DNA from: a virus
Length of the DNA stretch: 64,000 bases
Reading direction: 5' to 3' (one strand)
Virus record (IMG/VR): IMGVR_UViG_3300042503_002645
Span: 55,045 to 119,044 of that record
Of this stretch, positions 1 through 10,311 are shown one piece after another; position 1 is the first letter of the stretch; the number at the start of each line of letters is the position of its first letter. The notes under the pieces were generated by a model. The model saw nothing but the letters and a program-made list of their open reading frames with translations, was not told the DNA's origin and searched no databases. The translations under genes were made by a program, and so were the position numbers.

Positions 1-1
1 C

Positions 2-1069
2 GTTTCGACCACCGAAAAGAGCATCCGGCTCAAGAGCGAGAAGGACGTCATGGTCCTCGCCGGAAACGAGGGCGGCGCGGGCGGCGTGCTCATCGAGAGC
101 CGGTCCAAGCTTCAGACCTACGACTTTGAGAAGGGCGGCGAAGAAGTACAGTTTGGCGGCGTCGTGCTGCGTTCGCCACACTCCAGCGTTGTGAACCTCG
201 CGCACCAGATCTACCTGCGCACGGGCGGCGGCGGGAGCGAGATTCAGCCCGGAAACATCACCATCGACGCGGGCAAGGGCGAAGCTGACCTGGTGACCAA
301 GAGCAGCCAGCTCTTTCATTACGTCGGCCAGAGCGGGCAGATTTGCCACTTCTTCCGCGGCAGCGCAGACGACGCCACGCAGAAGGCCAACTACTTCAGC
401 AGCAATTTCACGCTGCTCACCGGGCCGCTTGGTGTGGACGGACCGGCGATTGTTGCCGGGCCGGTGCTGGCCAACGGCAGTATCTACACGAACAGCGGCC
501 ATATCTACACACAGCAGGCGGCCTCCGGCAGCGTGTTCGTGCTCCCATGCGACGGCAACTGCGCGGGCCAGATTGAAGAAGCGATTCAGAAAGTTCGCGA
601 GTACGTCGAGCAGATCTTGCCCGACACCGGCGACAACGTGGACGCGTCCTACCTCGAAGGCCTCTGGTACGAGGCCAAGCAGGCTGGCAACGCTGATGTC
701 ATGGACAGCATGGAGTTCAGCTTCCGCACCGACGACCAGTACAACATTCCCGATTTTGTGCTGTTCGAGGACCGGTGGCAGCAGATGGCGCGGCTGGCGA
801 ACAATGTGCCGGAGCGCTGGACGGAGCGCGCGGTCACATCCAAGAAAGCGGGCGAGACGTACCCGTTCCCCGGCAAGAAGTGGCTGGCCGAGTCCGACGC
901 GTTCCTGACGCAAGATTTCAGTCTGGTGGACTTCAACGGCGACGGCCTGGTCGACAAGCCGCGCGGCAGCGACGGCGATCTCGCCAGTGAGTACGCCGAG
1001 CCCCGCTTCTCGAGCGAGCAGAGAACGAAGATTAACGGGCAGTACCCGATTGTTGGCGTTGTCAAGTAA
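2..1069 (+). CDS. Virion structural protein, C-terminal part (5' end outside the window); possibly baseplate spike/hub-associated
   Basis: Frame is open from the window edge (VSTTEKSIRLKSEKDVM...). GC3-biased codons, Gly-rich beta-type segments, and position at the head of the tail module. Confidence 0.6.
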   Translation, partial: VSTTEKSIRLKSEKDVMVLAGNEGGAGGVLIESRSKLQTYDFEKGGEEVQFGGVVLRSPHSSVVNLAHQIYLRTGGGGSEIQPGNITIDAGKGEADLVTKSSQLFHYVGQSGQICHFFRGSADDATQKANYFSSNFTLLTGPLGVDGPAIVAGPVLANGSIYTNSGHIYTQQAASGSVFVLPCDGNCAGQIEEAIQKVREYVEQILPDTGDNVDASYLEGLWYEAKQAGNADVMDSMEFSFRTDDQYNIPDFVLFEDRWQQMARLANNVPERWTERAVTSKKAGETYPFPGKKWLAESDAFLTQDFSLVDFNGDGLVDKPRGSDGDLASEYAEPRFSSEQRTKINGQYPIVGVVK

Positions 1070-1079
1070 GGAGGCACGT

Positions 1080-2066
1080 GTGGAACTGGTAGAGAACCCG
1101 TACGTTTCTGATTTCACCAAGGCGACGCTCGAGCAGTTTGGCTGGAAGGTCGGCGACGCCTTTCCAGCAACGCTCGGCGCGCTGCTGCTGCAGTTCAAGG
1201 AAACGGCGGCGCCCTCGTCGCGCACCGACGTGCTGGTGGACAGCGCGGGCCTCAGTCCGGCGCAGATTGCGGAGGTGCGCGCACTGCTGGCCGAGGCCAA
1301 ACGGGTGGCGGCCAACCGCGATAAGACGGAAGCGGTCGAAGCGGAAACGCAGAACATGTCTCCGGAAGTCGCGGCGCTCTACAAGACGCTTGAGGATGCC
1401 GGGCCGGAGATCGTCGACGACCGGGAAGCCCCGCCGCCCCCGCCGCCTGCTGCGCCCCAGACTCCCGCGCCGCCTGCCCCTGAACCCGCGCCTGCGGATG
1501 CCCCGGCAACCTCGGCGCCCATGGTGATCCTGCCGTTCTGCCCGCGCTGCGGCTGGGACATGCGGCAGAAGTTCGAGGTCGAGGTCACCGACAACGACAA
1601 GCAGGAGTTTCTGGCGTCGACCCTCGGTGGCCGCCGGTTCCAGCGCCGGTTTGATATCTTTGGCGGCAAGCTGGTGCTGGTCTTCCGGTCGATGCTGGCC
1701 GAAGAAAACCGTCTGATCATGCGGCAGCTCGTGCTCGACCAGGCCTCGCAGGACATCGTCACCGAGGACGAGTGGTTTCTTCGTCTCATGGAGTACCGCC
1801 TGGCTTGCTCGCTGGAACTCATGCTTGACGGAAACGGCAAGCCGCTGCATACCGTTCCGGAGCTGTCGCAGTTCCCGCACTCGCCGCCGCCGGACAAGCC
1901 ACTGCAAACAGCCCTGGTGGGCCTGCGCGAGTTCGTGAACAACACGATCTTGCCGCACGAGGTGACCCGGCGCATGGTTGGGCAGCAGCTGCGGTATTTC
2001 CAGCGGCTCGTTGAAGCCATTGAGGCTATGGCGCTCGAACCAAGTTTTTGGCACGGGATCGGGTAG
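1080..2066 (+). CDS. Putative tail assembly chaperone (gpG-like) with a CPRC knuckle and Pro-rich linker
   Basis: AAGGAGG SD then GTG at 1080. Lies two genes upstream of the tape measure; ends in a T-run (AGT TTT TGG). Confidence 0.55.
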   Translation: MELVENPYVSDFTKATLEQFGWKVGDAFPATLGALLLQFKETAAPSSRTDVLVDSAGLSPAQIAEVRALLAEAKRVAANRDKTEAVEAETQNMSPEVAALYKTLEDAGPEIVDDREAPPPPPPAAPQTPAPPAPEPAPADAPATSAPMVILPFCPRCGWDMRQKFEVEVTDNDKQEFLASTLGGRRFQRRFDIFGGKLVLVFRSMLAEENRLIMRQLVLDQASQDIVTEDEWFLRLMEYRLACSLELMLDGNGKPLHTVPELSQFPHSPPPDKPLQTALVGLREFVNNTILPHEVTRRMVGQQLRYFQRLVEAIEAMALEPSFWHGIG

Positions 2067-2455
2067 CAGCACTGATGGTGCGGGCTGCTGCGGCGGGAGT
2101 GGTCGACTACTCCCGCGCCGATCCCCAAGACGGTAAGTGGAGAATCAAGCACCGGCTGCTGCTGCAAGAACTCGAGCGGCAGGAGAACTACAAGCTGCTC
2201 GACGCGGTCCACCGGCAGTGGCTCAGCCATGTGTCGCACGGGCACCTTGTCGACGAGAGCTACCAGAACGTTAAAACGCACGCAAACGAAACGCTAGAGG
2301 CCCTGGAAGCCAACCTTTTCCCGTGGGCCGTGATCCCAAAACCCCAGGGTGAAAAAGATACAATAAGTCCCGACGCACAAATCGCGATCGAGAAGTACAA
2401 GCAGTATCGAGCCAGCTTGCAAAACGGCGAAGACAGCGATGCCCAACCCACTTGA
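2048..2455 (+). CDS. Putative gpT-like chaperone extension (-1 frame of the upstream gene)
   Basis: Overlaps the end of the previous ORF in the -1 frame at TTTTTG, has no clear SD, and directly precedes the tape measure. Confidence 0.55.
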   Translation: MARDRVAALMVRAAAAGVVDYSRADPQDGKWRIKHRLLLQELERQENYKLLDAVHRQWLSHVSHGHLVDESYQNVKTHANETLEALEANLFPWAVIPKPQGEKDTISPDAQIAIEKYKQYRASLQNGEDSDAQPT

Positions 2456-5400
2456 TCCATTTTCCGGGGGTATGTTTCGGGTGCCGCACTACGGCCCGGG
2501 CCAGTCTGCGTCGATGATGCAGGACCCCATGTCGACAATGATCATGTTGTTCGGCATGCCGATTCTGCAGCAGCAGCTGGGCGGGCGCGACAAGTTCTTG
2601 CCGCACCTCACGCCTAACCAGGCGTTGATGGACCAGTTCATGGCCTCGCAGTACCAGCGAGCAAACATGAACGCCACTCTTGCCGCGTCCCAGGCCGGGC
2701 AGGCGGCGGTGAGCAACCGGGTCGCCGGGCTTATGTCCATGATGACCGGGCAGCCCGTAACGCCCCTCAACCGGGAGCAGTCGGACAACATCGCCGGGGT
2801 CATTAACAACCCTGTCGTAAAGATGGTCTTGGGTCAGATGATCGGCCCGGACAACCTCGAAGCGGTCATGTTCGGCCGCCACGGCGACCCGAGCGCGCTG
2901 GCCGGTGCTGTGGGCCGGACGGGCTTCTTCCGCCAGGACCCCATGGGCGGGCAGCGGATGACGGCGAAATCCCTGGAAGAGTTCACAAAGTCGATTCACG
3001 CCAACCTGTACGGCGAGGGCGCCGACGTCGATCAGATGCGCGGCTTTATGGCCGGGCAGGCCGGGCAGATGTTCGAGAATCTGTTCCAGCGCGGCATGCT
3101 CCCCCAGAGCATCGGCGCCCTGACGCCTGCGGAGCGAGTGCGCGCCATCGGCGACGAGGCCCGGCGAGATGACGCCACGATGAACCGGCTGGCCGAGGAA
3201 ATGGCGCGCACCGAGCTGATGCAAAGCACGGAACTGTTTGACGGCCGTCGCTTCGACGAAGTCACCGAGCAAGAGCGCAAAACTATCCTCGAAGGGCGGC
3301 TGCCGACGTACCGCGGCCGCGTCGATGACACGATGCGGAAGATTGACGAATTCCGCAACAACGACCCACGCGCGTCGTCCGTCGAGGACATCGAGAAAAG
3401 CGCCGGGTTTGACTCCCTGGCGCGGAACGTTGACGGCGTGAAGGCCGCGAACAAGGTGAAAGAGTTCGCGGGCGCCGTGTCCGCCGTGCGCGAGATCTTC
3501 GGCGACAACGGCAATCCGAACGCCCCAATGCCTGCGCTGTTGGCAGCCCTGGACCAGCTCACGCAGGGCACGATGGCGCAGATGAGCACCGGCAAGGTTG
3601 AGAACACGCTGCGCCAGATGCGGCTGGCTGCTAAGGATGCCGGAATCGGCATGGAGCAGCTCATGGGCATGTCGGGCGAGATTAGCGCCTACGGCGACAC
3701 GCTTGGCATTGCGCGCCCGATCTCGCTGCAGAACACGGTGAACGCCGCGTTGATGACGCAGGCGATGCGGCAGGCCGGAAGCTTTGACAAGCCCGTCTTC
3801 GGCCGCATGGACCAGGCCACGGCGTCGCGCGAAGCGGCCATGCGTATCCAGCAGGGAGACGCGTCGGGCGTGGGCAAGACGCTGGCATCCATGGCCCGTG
3901 CCGTCGCAGAGAACCCGACGCAGTACGCGGGCACCGAGGTCGAGGCGCTTGTAAGCGCGTACAACAACGGTCAGGAAACGTACAACTTCGACGGCAAGAC
4001 CGTGAACCTGGCGCAGCTGGCGGGCGTGGGCGGCGCTCCGGCGCTGGCCGAGTTGTTCACGCGGCCTGAGAACAAGGGCAACATGGCCACGCTGGAGATG
4101 TTCTCCTACGACCAGACGACGCAGCGCTACATGAAGCCAGGGTATGCGGTGCTGGCGCAGCGTTTTCAGCTCCAGCGCGACATGGCCAATTCGAATTTGG
4201 GCGGCGCGATCATGGACCTGGTCGACGCCAAGGGTTTCGAGAACGTGGCGGCCGGACTGGGCATTCCGCTAACCGATCCGGACGCCGAGCGCTTCGGTTT
4301 CGGCAAGATGTTCGCAAGCGGCCTGGCCGACGTGATCCTCAGCGAAACGGGAAACATGAACCCGGAGGAGCGCGTCGACTACCTGATGAAGGACAACCGG
4401 GTCGGGCGCATGCTCGAGCAGCAGTTCGTCGCGGCGGGGTACACCCCAGACGAAGCCAAGCGGCGGGCAGAGGCGTCAATGCCGCTGGTGATCGGAAACA
4501 CGCCCGAGGAGCAGCGGGACCGGCTGGGGCGGTTCCTGTCGGCTGCAGACGTGGACGCCCAAGCTATTACCGGTCGTTCGCTGGCGGCCAACGCTCAAAT
4601 GCAAAGTCCAGCTGTCCAGGCGAATTACGTGCGAAACCAGCAGCGCTCAGAAGCGCGGTCGGAGCGTTACCGGGCCATGGCCATGGGCAACGAATCCAGT
4701 CTGCTCCAGCGCGTTTTCGAGGAGGTCGACAAAGTCTCCCAGGGCGAGACGTTTAGCCTGGAGCGCGTGGCCAACGTGCTCAGCGTTGCGGGCATGGAGC
4801 AAAAGTACGCCGCGGGCATTGCCGCGGGGCTCGAGTCGGCCTACGGCGAACGGGCCAAATTGTTTGTCTCTAAGCCTGAAGTGGATGACCTCAAGGCGCG
4901 CGCCGAGAAGGGCGACCAGGCGGCGATCAAGCAGCTCAAGTTCATGACCGGCGTTAAGGACGGCACCGAGGTCGTCTCGGCGGACGACATCAGCACCAAG
5001 CTCGGCCTTAAGTCGAACGAAGAAATCAACGACATCTACAAACGGCTCGTTGACGCGGGCGAAACAGACACGGCCAAGCAAATCACGGCGCTCTCCACCG
5101 CGGCGGGCATCGAGAACGTGGCGGGCGTGCTCGACCCGGACAAGGATCAGATCACGCAGGCGCAGCTTTCCAATCTGGCCGAAGGTACAGTTGGCCGGGT
5201 GTTCAAGGGGAGCACCGTCGAAGAGCAACGAGCCAGCCGAGACCGCGCCCGCGAAATCGAAACTTACACGAACGCGGTCTACAACGCGGCCGGGCTCGAG
5301 ACCGCCGCTGGCAGCCTGGCGACGGAGGCCGCGTCTGCGCGCAAGCTATCCGAGCCGCAAACAAAGGAGCTCCGCGAGCAGTACGCCAAGGCGCTGCAAG

Positions 5401-5957
5401 GGGACGCAGCGGCGTTGACCGCGCTCGAGAAAACCGAGTCCACAGATTCGATCACGCGGCTCAAGTCGCTGATCTCGGCGAAGACGGAAGCGGTCAAGGG
5501 CAACATCATGGCCGACGCGGGATTCCAGACCCGCTTCAGCACCGCCGACGACGCGCTCCAGCAACAGGAAGTCCAGAAGCGCGCCGAAGAGGTCACCAAG
5601 CAGAACAACGAGATCAAAGCGCGGGCCGCTGGCCGGGACCCCGCCGACGCAGCGCAGAAAGACACACCCGTTCCCGACGCCACGCAGCAGCTCGCCTCAG
5701 CGACACTGCAGGCCAGCACGGTGCAGCTCACGGCCCAGGCGGTCAACATGAACGCCGCCCCCGCCGTCGACGATGTCGCGTCTGGAACGCGGTCGCTCAC
5801 GCCGTTGTCCGCCGTGGGTTCAGACGGGAACCAGCTCGTTGTGAACGGCACACTGACCCTGGACAACATGCACCGAGCCGTGCTCGAGGTGGTGGGCGAC
5901 AAGCCGCTGGAGACGCCGGACGGTCCGCCGATCATGAACGCACACGTTTACGGTTGA
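2439..5957 (+). CDS. Tape measure-like protein (1172 aa)
   Basis: Long Ala/Gly/Met/Gln-rich, predicted helical, Cys-free protein between the chaperone pair and the baseplate genes. Confidence 0.65.
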   Translation: MPNPLDPFSGGMFRVPHYGPGQSASMMQDPMSTMIMLFGMPILQQQLGGRDKFLPHLTPNQALMDQFMASQYQRANMNATLAASQAGQAAVSNRVAGLMSMMTGQPVTPLNREQSDNIAGVINNPVVKMVLGQMIGPDNLEAVMFGRHGDPSALAGAVGRTGFFRQDPMGGQRMTAKSLEEFTKSIHANLYGEGADVDQMRGFMAGQAGQMFENLFQRGMLPQSIGALTPAERVRAIGDEARRDDATMNRLAEEMARTELMQSTELFDGRRFDEVTEQERKTILEGRLPTYRGRVDDTMRKIDEFRNNDPRASSVEDIEKSAGFDSLARNVDGVKAANKVKEFAGAVSAVREIFGDNGNPNAPMPALLAALDQLTQGTMAQMSTGKVENTLRQMRLAAKDAGIGMEQLMGMSGEISAYGDTLGIARPISLQNTVNAALMTQAMRQAGSFDKPVFGRMDQATASREAAMRIQQGDASGVGKTLASMARAVAENPTQYAGTEVEALVSAYNNGQETYNFDGKTVNLAQLAGVGGAPALAELFTRPENKGNMATLEMFSYDQTTQRYMKPGYAVLAQRFQLQRDMANSNLGGAIMDLVDAKGFENVAAGLGIPLTDPDAERFGFGKMFASGLADVILSETGNMNPEERVDYLMKDNRVGRMLEQQFVAAGYTPDEAKRRAEASMPLVIGNTPEEQRDRLGRFLSAADVDAQAITGRSLAANAQMQSPAVQANYVRNQQRSEARSERYRAMAMGNESSLLQRVFEEVDKVSQGETFSLERVANVLSVAGMEQKYAAGIAAGLESAYGERAKLFVSKPEVDDLKARAEKGDQAAIKQLKFMTGVKDGTEVVSADDISTKLGLKSNEEINDIYKRLVDAGETDTAKQITALSTAAGIENVAGVLDPDKDQITQAQLSNLAEGTVGRVFKGSTVEEQRASRDRAREIETYTNAVYNAAGLETAAGSLATEAASARKLSEPQTKELREQYAKALQGDAAALTALEKTESTDSITRLKSLISAKTEAVKGNIMADAGFQTRFSTADDALQQQEVQKRAEEVTKQNNEIKARAAGRDPADAAQKDTPVPDATQQLASATLQASTVQLTAQAVNMNAAPAVDDVASGTRSLTPLSAVGSDGNQLVVNGTLTLDNMHRAVLEVVGDKPLETPDGPPIMNAHVYG

Positions 5958-5974
5958 CCGGGGAGTAAATCTAC

Positions 5975-6526
5975 ATGGCTACTAGCGTATTCTCTCCGCG
6001 CACCGGCGCCGTCGTGAAGGTGAAGCCGGACGCGTCGACCACGGGGGTCTTCACGATCACCGTGAACGGCGCCCCGCTCACGCTGCCGGTTACGGGCTTC
6101 GCGCTCGACATGAACACCAACCACCAGTTCCTGCACACGCTCAACGACTTCATTTACGTTCATGTGTTCGGCGAGCGAATCGGGGAGCTGACCGTGTCGG
6201 GCATGTGCTTCATGGGCGACACCTGCAACAACCCCGAGCTGTCGGTGAAGAGCGCGCTGACGCAGTACAACCAGTACCGGCTCTCGAAGACCAAGCGCGG
6301 CTATCCGATCGCGCTCTCTGACGCGGGCACGTTTTGGGGCTTTCTGACCGGCATGCGCATCGACTCGGCTCGGCCCGACCTGATGATGGCGCAGTGGTCC
6401 ATGCGGTTCCACGTCATCCAGAACAACAGCGGACCTATTTCCAGCCTCAACATGTGGCGCCCGCCGTCTTCAAACTACATGAACACGTTCCCGGGCGGCT
6501 TCCTGGACGGCCCCGTGCTTACCTAG
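5975..6526 (+). CDS. Hypothetical tail protein (tube-fold/initiator-like)
   Basis: GGGAG SD; beta-rich 183 aa; immediately after the tape measure. Confidence 0.5.
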   Translation: MATSVFSPRTGAVVKVKPDASTTGVFTITVNGAPLTLPVTGFALDMNTNHQFLHTLNDFIYVHVFGERIGELTVSGMCFMGDTCNNPELSVKSALTQYNQYRLSKTKRGYPIALSDAGTFWGFLTGMRIDSARPDLMMAQWSMRFHVIQNNSGPISSLNMWRPPSSNYMNTFPGGFLDGPVLT

Positions 6527-6539
6527 TCGGATTGCTGCC

Positions 6540-7343
6540 ATGATCAACCACGCACGCACCCTGTTGCTGAACGTACCCGGCGCGACGAGCAGCCACGCTG
6601 CCGTCGGCGAGGAGTACATTCCGCCGACGTACGCGCCGCTCCAGGAGCCGTCCTACACCCAGGCCGTGCGCCGCACGCTGCTTGGGACGTCGCCGGACCG
6701 GTACTTCCTGAACTTCCGTGCGCGGGAGCTGATGCATAACATTCACCAGACGGAGCTGGCCGAGTACGTCTACGCGCTGGACCCACGGGTGACGTACTGG
6801 CCGGAGGTGGACACGCCTTTCCTGGGCGCCGGGTCAAAGATATCTATTGCACGCGTCGCCGGGGCAGGCAACAGCCGCTTGGTCGTCGTGGGCCAGCCAG
6901 TTGCCGACAACGGCCGCGGTCGGGCGCTGCGCGAGTACGATGTCGAGGTAGACGCGACCAACCTGACTGTCTCGGCGGTGCTCCTCCGCGGCGAGCCACG
7001 CGCGGCTGAAACCGCGCCGCTGGCCACGGTCGACGGTATGTCGGCGCCGGTGCGCGCACCGCGCAGCCAGCTTTCCGTTAAAGTGGCATTGCCCGAGACT
7101 GGCGACCGCTGGCGGTTGACTGCGCTGGCCCGGCCCGAGCCCGCGATCACCACGCTACTACCGATCCTGGAAATTCTGGGCGAATCGGTGTTTCTTGGGT
7201 TGTTCGGCGTCGGTAACGCTGAGCCGTACAACACCTTCAAAAACCTGTGGCTCGACCACCCCGATCCAGCGTACCGGTTGGGCGGTCTGACCATGGCGTT
7301 GATTTACCGCACGAACGACATCAGGAACGGTATCAATGTCTAG
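6540..7343 (+). CDS. Hypothetical virion protein
   Basis: Tightly packed ORF in the tail operon with consistent codon bias. Confidence 0.6.
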   Translation: MINHARTLLLNVPGATSSHAAVGEEYIPPTYAPLQEPSYTQAVRRTLLGTSPDRYFLNFRARELMHNIHQTELAEYVYALDPRVTYWPEVDTPFLGAGSKISIARVAGAGNSRLVVVGQPVADNGRGRALREYDVEVDATNLTVSAVLLRGEPRAAETAPLATVDGMSAPVRAPRSQLSVKVALPETGDRWRLTALARPEPAITTLLPILEILGESVFLGLFGVGNAEPYNTFKNLWLDHPDPAYRLGGLTMALIYRTNDIRNGINV

Positions 7344-9003
7344 CCCGCCGTATGTCACCAGTAGCTTCGCGATCAAGGCCGAGTTCACCACCGAAAGCGG
7401 CGTGGTTGAGTTTCGGGACATCCTCTCGTTCTCGGGCTCGTATGGCTTGAACACCGTGCCCGTCGCCACCCTGGTTGTCGCGACCGGCCGCGAGGCCAAG
7501 CAGAGCGGCAAGCTGGCCACGATTCACACGGCGCGCGACCAGCTGCGCCCGGGCGACGAGGTCAAGGTCACGCTGACGATCACCGAGCACGACGGCCAGA
7601 CTGGGCGCATGGACCAGGGCACGTACGTGATCTTCGAGGGCAAGTACGCCGGGATAGGCTACCAGCGGAGCTACAACCACGCGAACTACGTGCTGCACCT
7701 GGTTCACTGGCTCGACAACCTCAACCAGGGGTCGATGATCAACGGCAACTGGTTTCCCGGCGCGCCGTATGACATGGCTCAGAACGGCCTGTACATCGGC
7801 CTGGGACCGGTGCGCGAAGGCGCGGCGGGAGCTGAAAAGGGGCACCCGGTTCCGAAGATCGACACTGAGGGCAAGCTGATCAACCTCACAACGGTGCAGG
7901 AAGACCTGTGGGGCCAGGCTCTGCGGCCTGTGTTTGAGAAAATCGCCAAATGGCCGACGCCGCGCTATCAGGATTCCGAACGCACGCAGAACGAGGAAGA
8001 CAACAAGTATGTGCTGGCCGCGTTGAGCCGGATGCCGGGCAAGGGAGCGCAGTACTACACGCCGTTGAAGCTCGATCTGTCGGGCATCCGATCCAAGAAC
8101 ACCGTAGAGGCCATCAAGTCCGCGCTGACCAAAGACGCGCTGGACTCGTTCGCCTACACCACGTTTTGGAACAAGCTCGTCGGTGACTACGCGCCGCAGT
8201 TCTACTTTGCCATTTCACCGGCGGCCGAGTTCGCGCTCCCCGTGCCGTTCTTCGCTGGCCTTAAGACGCCCTACAAGACCATCAAGGCAAGCGAGTACAG
8301 TTACTCGAATTTTAATGCCAGCCAGGTCAGCGTGCTGGAGTCAGTGGATATCTTCTACTCCGTTAACGGTGACACAGGACTCTTCGCAGGTGCCCCGCTG
8401 CCCGGCGCCCAGCAGCCGTCGTACAAACTCGTTCCGGGCTTTTATCCGCCGCGCGATTTGCAGAAGAAGAACAAGCGCCGCGGCCTTAAGCTCATCAAAG
8501 AGCCGCCCACGTGGATGACAAACCTTTTGGCGGGCCCGGCCTTCGCCGGGCGCGCGAGCGGTGTTGGCGCGCCGGGCAAGTGCGTCTGCTCGCCAGCCGC
8601 GGGCAACACACAAATGCCCGCAGGGTTTGTCGGCGCAGGCGCGGTGCAGGTCGAAGTGCAGCAAAGCCAGGCCCTCACCCGGTTTGCCGAGCACTGGTAC
8701 AAGACCGAGGTCCTATACCAGCGCCAGGGTGAGATGTCCGGCAAGCTGCGGTTCGACATCGCGCCAGGCAGCGTCGTCGGCATCGAAACCGCCGACTACG
8801 ACCTCGGCATGTACGACACGCTTTTCGCCACCGTGACGCAGGTTTCATACGCGATCAACGCCGAGCAAGCGACAGCGGGTACGAGCTTTTCTCTGGCGCA
8901 CATCCGCTCGAGCAAAGAAAACGAAGAAGAGACGCTTGTTTCAGACCGCCCGCCCATGTATCTCAGCCCGTGGAAGGGCGCACCGCTCGCTATCAGGACG
9001 TGA
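7336..9003 (+). CDS. Baseplate hub (gp27/late-control-D-like) protein
   Basis: C-terminal 'GEMSGKLRFDIAPGSVVGI...VTQVSYAI...TSFSL' resembles hub C-termini; position and size fit. Confidence 0.55.
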   Translation: MSSPPYVTSSFAIKAEFTTESGVVEFRDILSFSGSYGLNTVPVATLVVATGREAKQSGKLATIHTARDQLRPGDEVKVTLTITEHDGQTGRMDQGTYVIFEGKYAGIGYQRSYNHANYVLHLVHWLDNLNQGSMINGNWFPGAPYDMAQNGLYIGLGPVREGAAGAEKGHPVPKIDTEGKLINLTTVQEDLWGQALRPVFEKIAKWPTPRYQDSERTQNEEDNKYVLAALSRMPGKGAQYYTPLKLDLSGIRSKNTVEAIKSALTKDALDSFAYTTFWNKLVGDYAPQFYFAISPAAEFALPVPFFAGLKTPYKTIKASEYSYSNFNASQVSVLESVDIFYSVNGDTGLFAGAPLPGAQQPSYKLVPGFYPPRDLQKKNKRRGLKLIKEPPTWMTNLLAGPAFAGRASGVGAPGKCVCSPAAGNTQMPAGFVGAGAVQVEVQQSQALTRFAEHWYKTEVLYQRQGEMSGKLRFDIAPGSVVGIETADYDLGMYDTLFATVTQVSYAINAEQATAGTSFSLAHIRSSKENEEETLVSDRPPMYLSPWKGAPLAIRT

Positions 9004-9007
9004 CGAT

Positions 9008-9820
9008 ATGCCCAATCAAAAGCAACCCGGAATGCCGTCTATTCTCGACGACACGCCTATGCCGTTTTCGGCTCCTCCGCGGCCGCAGGGCGTTGGCGAG
9101 GACTTCGACGCCACGTTCAAGCAGTGGCAGCAGGACCGCACGCCAGAGAACAACACGCGGCTGCTCAAAAGCGTGCATCCTGTGATCGAGACCGCGCTGA
9201 CGAGCTATGCCGGTGGTAACACCAGCCCGACGATGCGCAGCCGCGCCCGGCTCATGGCACTGAAGGCCATGGAGAACTACGACCCGCAGCGCGGCAACGT
9301 CCGCACGCACTTGCTGAGCCAGCTGCAAAGCTTGCGGCGGCTGTCCGCGCAGTCCCAGAACATCATCTCGATTCCTGAGCAGGTTGGCTTGGACTACCAG
9401 CGGCTGCTGGAAAGCGAAAACGAGTTGCGCGATCGGCTGGGCCGCAACCCATCGGACGACGAGCTGGCAGATCACACGATGTTGTCCCGGCGCCGGATCC
9501 GAAAGATTCGCGGTTTTCGCCCGCCGCTCGCCGAAGGCGCCACCGTCATCGAGAGCGGCGATGAGGGGAATGACGGCAGCGTTGCCAGCACAATTCCCGG
9601 CAGCACCCGGGCGGCCGACGCGTGGATGGATTTCGTCCATGATGATTTGAGCCCCATCGACAAGCTCATCATGGACATGACGCTGGGCCGTAACGGCCGG
9701 GCCCGCGCCAGCACCCAGGAAATCGCCCAGCGGCTGAACATCACGCCGGGCGCGGTCAGCCAGCGCGCCGCTAAGATCCAGGCGCTGCTCGACAAGCGGT
9801 ACACGCAGGGAGGATTCTGA
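9008..9820 (+). CDS. RNA polymerase sigma-70 family factor (FliA/WhiG/SigF-like architecture)
   Basis: Region 2 'LMALKAMENYDPQRG', region 3 'LRDRLGRNPSDDELAD', region 4 HTH 'STQEIAQRLNITPGAVSQR'. Confidence 0.85.
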   Translation: MPNQKQPGMPSILDDTPMPFSAPPRPQGVGEDFDATFKQWQQDRTPENNTRLLKSVHPVIETALTSYAGGNTSPTMRSRARLMALKAMENYDPQRGNVRTHLLSQLQSLRRLSAQSQNIISIPEQVGLDYQRLLESENELRDRLGRNPSDDELADHTMLSRRRIRKIRGFRPPLAEGATVIESGDEGNDGSVASTIPGSTRAADAWMDFVHDDLSPIDKLIMDMTLGRNGRARASTQEIAQRLNITPGAVSQRAAKIQALLDKRYTQGGF

Positions 9821-10311
9821 TGGCACACGGGCAGCCCAAGGGCGTCGTTGACGCGGCGTTCGAAGAGCGCATCAAGGACCTGGAAGCGTACGCCAGGAAC
9901 TGCGCCGAGCAGTTCAAGACGTGGGAGGACCCGCGCCCGTGGGCCGTGCCCGAGCAACTCAAGGACCGCGACCTGTTGGACGTTCCCAGCCTGCACGAGC
10001 CGTGTTGGAACCGTAACAACATCAACGAACTGTACTCTGAACAGGTGCTGAGTGATTACGGAGCAGAAAGCGGCACGGTCGGCGACCTGATCGCGATGAA
10101 GTGGCAAGCTGACTTTATGGCCGTAGAAGAGCGCGCCTTTAGATTGCGCCACGCGTCACTCCCGCGGTGCGCGGCGGTGGCGCATGGGCGCATGGACGGG
10201 CACGGGATCACTGAACACGGCATTTTCTCGAATCTTCGGCGCGCGGTGCAGGCTTACATCGACGCGGGACGCGCGAACGCGGCTCCCGGCGCTAACGACG
10301 ACTACGCATGA
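9820..10311 (+). CDS. Hypothetical protein
   Basis: TGATG coupling to the sigma gene; 163 aa. Confidence 0.6.
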   Translation: MAHGQPKGVVDAAFEERIKDLEAYARNCAEQFKTWEDPRPWAVPEQLKDRDLLDVPSLHEPCWNRNNINELYSEQVLSDYGAESGTVGDLIAMKWQADFMAVEERAFRLRHASLPRCAAVAHGRMDGHGITEHGIFSNLRRAVQAYIDAGRANAAPGANDDYA

